The position numbers and the translations under genes were made by a program. A DNA stretch of 64,000 nucleotides from NCBI GenBank assembly GCA_951406725.2, contig OX597821.1, positions 1,426,001-1,490,000 on the forward strand, read 5' to 3'. Shown here one piece after another: positions 54,368 to 64,000 of this stretch. The stretch comes from Octopus vulgaris (taxonomy: Eukaryota). The notes below the pieces were generated by a model. That model did no database searches, was not told where the DNA came from, and was given only the letters and a program-made list of their open reading frames with translations. Position 1 is the first letter of the stretch, and every line of letters starts with the position of its first letter.

Positions 54368-54582
54368 GGTGGCGAGCTGGCAGAATTATTAGCACTTTGG
54401 ACGAAATGCTTAGCGGTATTTCGCCTATTGCTACGTTCTGAGTTCTCAATTCCGCCGACGTCGACTTTACCTTTCATCTTTTCGGGGTCGATAGAATAAG
54501 TATCATTTGAGTATTGGGGGTCGATGTAATCAATTATCCACATCCCCCAAATTTCAGGCCGTGTGCCTATAATAGAAAGAAT
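54368..54582 (+). mobile_element. SINE family A
   Basis: ggtggcgagctggcagaattattagc...ttttcggggtcgatagaataag. Confidence 0.82.
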
Positions 54583-54587
54583 TGTTA

Positions 54588-54895
54588 TGTGTAGGGCGTA
54601 GTTGAGAGAGAGACCAACAAAACTGCTTATAACACCAAAGATGAACTGAAGGCAAGGATTATGGCAGCATTCACCAACTTAAATAAGATGACAGTCCAGA
54701 AGAGTTGCAGGAGATTCCGAAGCCGTCTGGAGGCCCGGGTTGAAGACAATGGCGATTTTATTGAAACAATTTACTCCTTATAGTATTTCAAGATATCTTT
54801 ATGCAATTTTGGTAAATATATCCGTTAAAATGAGATGCCAATACTATTTGCATATCTTTGCCTAATTTAGACGACAATATATTCACCGCCCCTCC
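54588..54895 (+). pseudogene. Tc1/mariner-superfamily (maT/DD37D-like) transposase C-terminus and element end
   Basis: V*GVVERETNKTAYNTKDELKARIMAAFTNLNKMTVQKSCRRFRSRLEARVEDNGDFIE. Confidence 0.7.
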
Positions 54896-55544
54896 TCTCT
54901 CTCTCTCTCTATATATATATACATATATATATATACATACATGTATGTATGTAGATGTATATATGCATACATACATACACACACACACAGATATATAAAT
55001 ATATATATAAATTGCTTCTCTGTTTCGTCAATCAAATTCACTTACAAATGAGACAAAAGTAGAAAACGAATACCCAAGGCACCGCGCATTGGAACTGAAC
55101 CCAAAAACACATGGCTGAAAGGCGTGCTTCTTACCGGCACAGCCGTGCCTGCGCCTATAAAGCTTTTTTATCACGTTTTCTGACATACCTATCTGGTCTT
55201 ACTTTAGTGTAGTATCTGTGTGCTTTGAAACGTGATGAGAATTTAGACAGTTCTACGTAAGACGTAATTTGACAATTAATTTAAAAACCTTTGTGCGTCT
55301 GTAATAATTCAAATTGATGTGGAATTTAATGTTCAGTTTAATGTACAGCTCACATTTTCGCAATTCTCAGAAAAAACAATCAGTCCAAAATGTTAGAATT
55401 CACATCACCTTAGTCCATTTTCATTCTCTTCACTCTAGCCAACATTAGGAATTTCTACGTCATCGCTCGACAAACTAAGAATACCAGCGAAATATTTCTT
55501 AAATCGCTCTTAAATATACTAATGATCTTCTTGGATAATGCATT

Positions 55545-55863
55545 TCATTATCACCGTGATCACCGTGACCGACCAGGCTATCAGATGTTGCTACACATAG
55601 CTGGTCACAATGCGCTTCGCATTGTTTTAGCCTTCAAATGACGTCACCCCGCTGGCTAAGCAAGCTGGCCAACAGAAGAAAGAGTGAGAGAAAATTGTGG
55701 CGAGAGAGTACAGCAGGGATTGCCACCGCCCCCTGCCGGAGCCTCGAGTTGCTTTAGGTGTTTTCGCTCAATAAATACTCACAACGCCCGGTCTGGGAAT
55801 CGAAACCGCGATCCTACAACTGCGAGTCCGCTGCCCTAACCACTGGGCCATTGCGCCTCCACA
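55545..55863 (-). mobile_element. SINE family C (body 2, tail T4)
   Basis: Minus strand gtggaggcgcaatggcccagtggttagggcagcggactcgc...gtttcgattcccagaccggg. Confidence 0.85.
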
Positions 55864-56919
55864 TGTCGTTATAAATATAAAAAAAACTTGCGAGTGGAAT
55901 ATCTTAAACCACTTGTCTACAGAGGTGGCTACCATGTGTTATACAAGAACACCGACAATAATTATGCGGAATTTGGTTGTAAAGTTGACAAGGGGAAATA
56001 TGTCCAGACTGTCAATATTGTAACTCACATAATTCTTCACAAGGTTTTCAAATGTGCAATGATGTCGTGACGTTGACGAGGAAGTTGGACTTTCATAGCA
56101 TCTGCATCTTTTAGCACATTGTGTAACAACAGAGAGCATGCCTACCTGATTGGCGGGGAATGAATGCTGTTTATTATAAAGTCAACTAAGGTCATGCAGA
56201 CCTGCTATCTAACATCGTGTGCAGTTTATGCTATGCATCCCATCCGATTTTAACATCGATCTTTATTTTCGAAGATGGGTAAATGGTTAGATAGATATGA
56301 CAAATAAATAGATAGATAAAGAGATGGAGAGATGGGTAAACGGATAGAGGAATGGATAGATAGACAGATAAATAGATAAATAGATAGGTAGATAGATAAA
56401 TACATAGATAAAGAGATAGATAGATAAAGAGACAGATAAATATGTAGATAGATAAAGAAATAGATGATCTAAGGCATTTCATCTGTGACCAGTTTATCCA
56501 AGACCATAGACATATAAAAAACAATATGGTGTGATTTGAGGAAGAATTCGTTGCTGATTCTGACATACATGGGCGATCACATAAAATGTTAATTTTTCTT
56601 GCGTCATAGACATCGAATTTTCGATATTGATAAAAAGCATTACCACATAGAATGCACATGCCTATCATTACACAAACTCATGATTGTGTGGTTAAGAAAC
56701 TCGCATTCCAGCCACGTAGTTTTAGATTCAGTCCCATTACAAGTACCTTTGACTACGCAGACCCAAGCTGACCAATGCTTTGTGAGTGAATTTGCTAGCT
56801 TTTACTAAGCCACATTCAGCAACATGGAATTAGTTGTGCTATTGGACCGCCAGGTCGGAAAAAATTCAGCAGTGTCAGTGTCAAGCAGTGTTTAGACATA
56901 AATGAACTTTAACGATAAA

Positions 56920-57226
56920 CGTCGCCCTTTTCAAGCCTCGCTAGGCTCATGGGCTCGGTTTCCCGGTTTCTGTGGCGTATGTGCTCCCCCCAGCTGGACG
57001 GGACGCCAGTCCATCGCAGCGTTACTCAAGAAACAGGCTGAAAGAGTGAGAGAAAGTTGTGGCGAAAGAGTACAACAGGGGTCATCACCAGCCCCTACCG
57101 GAGCCTCGTGGAGTTTTTAGGTGTTTTCGCTCAATAAACACACACAACGCGCGGTCTGGAAATCGAAACCGCGATCCTCTGACCGCGAGTCCGCTGCCCT
57201 AACCACTGGTCCATTGCGCCTCCACA
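56920..57226 (-). mobile_element. SINE family C (body 2, tail T1)
   Basis: Same head; tail gatggactggcgtcccgtccagctggg...gaaaccgggaaaccgagc. Confidence 0.85.
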
Positions 57227-57449
57227 AATGAACTTTAGGTTAGTTAAAATATATTTTAACTAAATTCTAAAGGCAAATTCACTGCAGTTACTGTGGAGAA
57301 AAAAATTCTCTCTTATGGTAAAAGATGTAAAAACACAATATCTGCCCCGTGTTGTTCTCTACCGGCTTACCGGATGCAGCGCTTCTAGTTCTTTATCCGT
57401 AATCAATGGGCTACGTGTACATACATGCATACATACATACATACATACA

Positions 57450-57481
<32 letters not shown>

Positions 57482-57718
57482 GATGCAGAGACTCAATTGC
57501 CCAGTGGTTAGGGTAGCAGACTCGCGGTCATAGGATTGCTGTTTCAATTCCCAGACCGAGGATTGTGAGTTTTTATTCAACGAGAACACCTAAATCTCCA
57601 CGAGGCTCAGGCAGGGGGTGGTAGCGAACGGTACTGTATTCGTTCACCACAATTTTCTCTCACTCTTTCTTCCTGTTTCTTTTATACCTGTATTTCAAAG
57701 GGCCAGCCGTGTCACACA
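57482..57718 (+). mobile_element. SINE family C (body 2, start of tail T3)
   Basis: gcccagtggttagggtagcagactcgcggtc...tgtatttcaaagggccagcc. Confidence 0.8.
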
Positions 57719-58541
57719 ATTATCCTGCTGCTCAATGCTCTTTGTACTCTGTAAAGGTTGCAAGATGTGACATGGACAACTGAAACGGAGATTACGAAGC
57801 CGTGGCCGACAGGAAGTGATGCAACCGCCGTTCTGGCTACGTCCGTACGCCAGAATCTATCCCCACGTCTTTGAACAGGTCCTTAGGCTCAATCCAAACG
57901 AGTGGAGACTGTGGCCAATCTCTGCCTAGTGAGGGTTACTGCTGGAAGGCTGTGTTCGTGGCAGTAAGATTCGGTCCCTTGCCATACCAATTGAGAGAAT
58001 TAAAAGTGGCTGTCGGAGAATTTCAACGACTTCACAACCTTCGAGTTTTAATCTCCTAATTCCACCGAATACGATCCTTTGCATTGCGATCTGTGGATCG
58101 CGGTTCAGAAAGATACCGGCCTCACAGTGAACATTAAGATGATCGGAGATATTTCCTGTGTCAGGTCTCGAAGCTGTGTTGAAGCCACGATTGAAGTCCA
58201 GATTGGCGCTTTGAGTAAATTGTTATCTCCGAGCCATAATCGAGTCGATATTTTTTGATGTCTTAAAATACTTTATTTTTGGATGGAATATGGTGTCCTT
58301 TTTCTTTTAAGCAAGCCGCGAAATTTATCCGAACACCGTGTGTGTGTATGTGCACGTGTGTGTGTATGTCAACATATACATATACACACATATCTTTATA
58401 AGTATATGTAAATAAATACGTTTGTATATTTGGATGTATATATATGTTTAAGCTCATACACACACATATATATGTACGTATGCATATATATTTTGTAGGT
58501 ATACAAGTATACATATACCTACGTTTACATATAAAAATATA

Positions 58542-58586
<45 letters not shown>

Positions 58587-58624
58587 TGTGTGTGTGTGTG
58601 TGTGTGCATGTATATTACTATACT

Positions 58625-59030
58625 ACTCGCTATAGGGACTGGTAACCACTATAAGCTGTAGTGGAGAACAGTCAACACGTTGTGCTGAGGCTGACCAAAG
58701 AATTTTATTCTTAGATATATCTGGGGTACTTATATGTACTCATGATTTTTGCTTCGGCTTTTTTCCATGGGCGCATGTAAGTATCTTATTTATATCCTTT
58801 CGCATGTTCTACTGAAGAGGAAAGAATCTATTATGAGATTAATTCCGAAATTGATTCAATATAGAAATAACGAACATTAAAGAAAATTCTATCGGCCGGC
58901 TTCCCCGATTTCAGTTCTTCGTGTTTTTTTCTGTAGCGAGTAAATAACATTTGGAAATTGACGATTTAAAAGTCTGTTATCAGCGTATTGGCATAGAAAT
59001 AATTTTCTTTAGCCCTTATTTATAAGTTAT
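58625..59030 (+). mobile_element. Hammerhead-bearing ~400 bp element between microsatellites
   Basis: Unique sequence bounded by (TG)/(TA) tracts and containing the hammerhead at 58807-58866. Confidence 0.55.
58807..58866 (+). ncRNA. Type I hammerhead ribozyme motif (canonical core)
   Basis: ttcta | CTGAAGA | ggaa-ag-aatct-attatg-agatt-aa-ttcc | GAAA | ttg-att-caa | TA | tagaa; AUA triplet, predicted cut after 58861. Confidence 0.8.
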
Positions 59031-59047
59031 ATAAATATGTATATATA

Positions 59048-59049
<2 letters not shown>

Positions 59050-59083
<34 letters not shown>

Positions 59084-59493
59084 CATTATATATATAGATA
59101 TATATTTATATACATCTATATCTATGTGTGCGCGTCTGAGTGTACGTATATGTGTGTGTGCGCGCACGTTCTTCTGTGTGTGTGTATGTGCCTCTGTGTG
59201 TGTGTATATATATATATATATACATTATATATATAGATATATATTTATATACATCTATATCTATGTGTGCGCGTCTGAGTGTACGTATATGTGTGTGTGC
59301 GCGCGTTCTTCTGTGTGTGTGTGTGTGCCTCTGTGTGTGTGTATATATATATATATATATACATTATATATATATATATATACATTATATATATAGATAT
59401 ATATTTATATACATCTATATCTATGTGTGCGCGTCTGAGTGTACGTATATGTGTGTGTGCGCGCGCGTTCTTCTGTGTGTGTGTATGTGCCTC

Positions 59494-59524
<31 letters not shown>

Positions 59525-59550
59525 GTGTGCCTCTGTGTGTGTGTGTGTGT
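59050..59550. repeat. Tandem triplication of a ~140-160 bp microsatellite-mosaic unit
   Basis: catctatatctatgtgtgcgcgtctgagtgtacgtatatg at ~59113, ~59252 and ~59412. Confidence 0.9.
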
Positions 59551-60190
59551 ATGTACGCGCGTGTGTATGTACTTTCATGTAGTGTTTGTATAAACAACAT
59601 TCCACAAGAGATATTTAATGTATTCAGCAAGTCGGTAACTTAGATACAGAACTGATATAGCAGCTAAAATCGGATGACGTGTATATGTTTTTGTGCTTGG
59701 CTGACTCTCTTAACTCCGATAAACTGAAAATATTATGATATATTGAAAAACAATGATGACATTACCGGAGTACATTTATCAGAGAATATTTTCATATCGT
59801 ATTTTTTCTAGTTCACTCTGAACAGATAGTTATGTAATTTGAAGTCATGCTAGATTATAAAAGTTTCTTTTATGATTCACATAAGACTATTGCTGCTTGA
59901 GATGTGAGTCATTCTAAATAATGGTACTTCTATACAGCTAGGTGAATTGCTTCGAAATATCTGCGAAAATACTATGCTGCGTAATACTAGGATGAGCAAA
60001 GGTTTGTCTTGGATTGTTTCTATTTCGTCAGCTCATCCATCTACAATAGTTTCCCCTTTTTCTTTCTGTTATTCTTTGGGTTTATCTTTATTTGGTTTTG
60101 CTTATAATGTCACCCTAATATCACTTCTGCACGATTTCGCATAACGTTAGAAAATATTCCCATTCTTTAACATCGCATATAATATACTAA

Positions 60191-60437
60191 GTGGAGGCAC
60201 GTGGTTCAGTGGTTAGAGTGTCAGCATCATGATCGTAAGATGGTGGTTTCAATTCCTGAACCGGGCGACGCGTTGTGTTCTTGAGGAAAACACTTCATTT
60301 CACGTTGCTCCAGTCCACTCAGCTGGCAAAAATGAGTAACGCCGCGATGGACTGGCGTCCCGTCCAGCTGGGGAACACATACGCCATAGAAACCGGGAAA
60401 CCGGGCACATGAGCCTGGCTAGGCTTTAAAAGGGCGC

Positions 60438-60440
<3 letters not shown>
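60191..60440 (+). mobile_element. SINE family C (body 1, tail T1) ending in (TTA)n
   Basis: gtggaggcacgtggttcagtggttagag...tttcacgttgctccagtccactcagctggc...gatggactggcgtcccgtccagctggg. Confidence 0.85.
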
Positions 60441-60510
<70 letters not shown>

Positions 60511-61169
60511 GCTACGCAAAACAGTTAAATCTCTTCTCTATAATACAAAAACGTCTTTGGAATAGGGAAATATGTTAGATAACGTTTTGCTAGACAAATT
60601 ATGTATGAATAAAAGAGGAGGAGGAGCTAGGTTAGCCAATTACTGATTTCGAGTAGGTATACTCAACCAGGACTGATCTAGGGCTAAGTAGCAATACCGC
60701 TAACCCGAAATCAGCTACAGAATAGCGGAACAACAAAGAGACCGTAATAACTTCTGAATAAAATAATTGGAGTAAAATAAAAAAAGAAGTAGGTTTCAAC
60801 CAGTGAGTAGATATGTTTAATAACTACAGCCAAAAGCAAAATGAGGATAATTTGAAGACAGAATATTGTCAGAGCCTGAATAAATAAATATATTTGGAAT
60901 AAAAACGGAAGGAGAGTTCATACTAAGCACTTTATGCTAACATAGGTACTGTGAAATATTTATGTAGAGTACTATTTAATATGTTCGTGTGCATTAAGGA
61001 TCGTTAGCCAATCGAAAGCCACCATTACACACATGACTGTGAATTTTTCATTGATGTCTGTTTCCATAATAACGAGCAAAGTTGTAGTCATTCTAACAAG
61101 GGTGATATACTCGTGTGACTGTGAAACTTTCACCACCGGAACCACCACCATCGGCTGCAATATAGGCAT

Positions 61170-61470
61170 ACAGAGATGCTGTAAAAAGAGAATCCTGGGG
61201 GAGCTTCGCAGCCGACCGGCCAGCATGTTGTCGCTCGTTGAATGAACATTTTCAGTCTAGGAAGATGAGCTTAGTGAGCAGAGCAGCAGATAAGCGAGAT
61301 CGGCAAAAGGAGCGCAGGAACTACAGCAGACCTAACACCGTATGCAAATGTGCTCTATGGGACAGAGAGTTTCACTCATGTACAGGCCTGCTTTGCCATC
61401 GGAGACTCTGCTTCAGCTGAGCTGAAACAGCAAGGATACTACCCATGGTTAGCTCTAATCGAAAGAGGCT
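61170..61470 (+). pseudogene. RTE-clade LINE 3' end fragment
   Basis: KRILGELRSRP; AADKRDRQKERR...CALWDREFHSCTGLLCHRRLC* (decayed C..C.R.F.SRIGL.SH.R.C). Confidence 0.7.
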
Positions 61471-63022
61471 CGGGTTTAAAGGCGGTGCTCCAGCATGGCC
61501 GCAGTCAAATGACTGAAACAAGTAAAAGAGTAAAAGAGTATATATATATATATATATAGAGAGAGAGGGAGATGGATAGATAGATATATGTATTTATGTA
61601 TGTGCGTATGCATATATGTATATGTATGTAGACATATTAAAGCCGATAGACTTATCCTGTAATACAACGTAGCGTTGAAAACAAATATGCTTACGTCATG
61701 TCGGTTACTTATAGATAATATGGCCTAAAGATACATTTACTGGCATATGTAATACTGATATGGCATTTATTTAAATTATTTATCAAGTACTGATCTAATA
61801 AGTATAAGCAAGGATTACTTCTTAGTTGTATCTAACTGCAGACATGGCGGGGAAATGAAGGGAGTATACGAGAAAAATGGTCAAAATGGAGTTTATTTGC
61901 TACATGTCTCTGAAACTAAGCTGAGATTACAGTACATATCATGGTTTCAAAACACATGAGTAAACCGGTGCATCATATAATATCCTTGAGAATTACGGCG
62001 ACAGACGGCTAATGTTTTGTCTTTCAGTATCAAATGATAACAAGAGACATTTAGCTTCAATATGCACAGATATTCTATTATTGTATCTCTGTTTTTGCCT
62101 CATACCAATTATAGATTCTCCATTGATTAATCAGCAACAATCATCAGCAAGCCAACATACAAACCAACAGTTTCATTCCCATGACAGTTCGTGTAGTAAC
62201 CATGACTATAAAATGTCGTCTCTTTTGTTGAATGCGATTTCAGACAAAATTTAACTACTGTCATTGTGTCTTATCTTCGTTTCTTGTTGAGCTCGAGTAT
62301 CATTTCTAAATGCATCAACGTAATAAATAAATGAAATTTTCGCATTAGTTTGGAGAAGCACTTTTTACTTTCCTATTTGCAAAGTGGTAAATCGCTATAA
62401 AGACACTTATCCTATCTACGTTTTCTTACAAAAGGAATGTATTATGGCGTCCACTCATGTGGAAACAGAAGCGCCATCTTTTCGTTATGATGTCTTTGTC
62501 CGAAGGACGGCCTTTTTGTCTTTAAGAGAAGAGTCTGGATAGTTTGTAACCTCTTCAATTGTCGACAGTAAATACCATACATATTTCTCCGAACAAATTT
62601 AAAGTATTCTAAATAATTCGGTTCCAATCCATTCTCTTGTTGACATTTACGTAAATGTCAGTTATTTTATCAATGATTTCCAGAGAATAAATTTAGATAT
62701 TTTATTCTCCATTGCGGGAATATGAACAGATTATTCACCGACTTTTATAATGTTGACATTCTTTATATAAGGTGTCGATGGTAGAGTATATATATCTAGC
62801 AGCCACTTAGTTAAGCACATCTTCTTGTCATATATGTGGTTGAAAGACATCGATAGAACTGTATCAAATTACAACTGTCATCAAATATTTGATTTTGACG
62901 GCAGCCATTTTGTTGTGTACATTCATAGCATATCATTTGATTATCACAGAAAATAGTCGGCACTTATCTGATAAAAGTAGGCTTTGTTCTTAGTGGATAT
63001 ATTGGTAGTGTAGTGTAAAGAT

Positions 63023-63080
<58 letters not shown>

Positions 63081-63226
63081 TGTGTGTGTGTATGTGTGAG
63101 AGAGAGATGGGAAGAGAAAGAGAGAGAAACGGTGATGGAGAGAGACAGAAAAACACACACATACATATACACATATTGATACACTGGGGTGTATGTATGA
63201 ACACGTGTATAATGTGTACGAGCGTA

Positions 63227-63257
<31 letters not shown>

Positions 63258-63704
63258 TGCGGACGTAAGCATGTTTTTGAGTAGACAGTCTACAAAAAGA
63301 TAGCAAAACACGTTATACACATTTCATTCGTGATTTGAGATCCTCTTTCTTCCTAATCTGAATATATCCACACATAAAACATACATACATACATACATAT
63401 ATACATACAATACATACATACATACATACATACATACATACATACATACATACATACATTCATACATACATACAATACATGATATACGTACACACATGGG
63501 TACACACACAATATTGTAAAATAAGGATTCAAATAGAATCAGGTCCTTGAAATGATATGCGCCTGCTAGGGTTGGATAAACCTGTGGTTCTGGTCCAAGG
63601 CTGGTAATTATCTAATAGGATATTCAGTTTGTGTAGACAGAGAGCACGCGTTACATTGAATTGTACGTTGTTGGTATACTCTAGGGGGTCTGACAAGTCG
63701 TTAA

Positions 63705-63816
63705 TATCCTTGGTGTTCCTTCCTTCTTTCTTTCCTTTCTTGAGCGTCCAATAACACTATACTTGTTCCACGTCCTCGCGTTGTTGCGTTTTCTCTTTGT
63801 GTTTTCATGTTTGGAT

Positions 63817-63822
<6 letters not shown>
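63705..63822 (+). mobile_element. Family D tail, 3' part only
   Basis: tgagcgtccaataacactatacttgttccac...ggattaactata, then (TA)n. Confidence 0.75.
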
Positions 63823-63899
<77 letters not shown>

Positions 63900-63902
63900 A
63901 TG

Positions 63903-63976
<74 letters not shown>

Positions 63977-64000
63977 GGTATCAAGTTAGAGGGGTTTAAT

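Noticed and set aside
55790-55863. tRNA gene-like sequences (also 57150-57226, 60191-60265)
   Set aside because: These are SINE heads: they continue into SINE bodies and lack a proper acceptor stem.

Overview
AT-rich, repeat-saturated eukaryotic DNA, either intergenic or a very large intron. The tRNA-derived SINE families and the extreme (TA)n/(CA)n/(TATC)n load look like an Octopus (coleoid cephalopod) genome; this is pattern recognition, not a database hit. I can support no intact host protein-coding gene, and almost every ORF in the track is translated microsatellite. The real content is: (i) three SINE families with dozens of copies; (ii) decayed retroelement fragments (two CR1-type, Tx1/L1-type, RTE-type, R4/Dong-type, two Penelope-like GIY-YIG) and Tc1/mariner fragments; (iii) a Helitron-like element and a MITE. 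The most striking signal is absent from the ORF track: about a dozen type I hammerhead-ribozyme motifs from several unrelated sequence families. Four have a canonical core (6982-7024 on -, 7061-7103, 37103-37206, 58807-58866); the rest are variant or decayed. They lie in Penelope-like element tails and in AT-rich fold-back elements inserted in (TA)n tracts, including a back-to-back hammerhead pair. The window also shows a SINE and its probable partner LINE sharing a 3' tail, combinatorial SINE body/tail shuffling, and different retroelement clades each sitting in a different microsatellite type. All calls were made by eye; boundaries are approximate.
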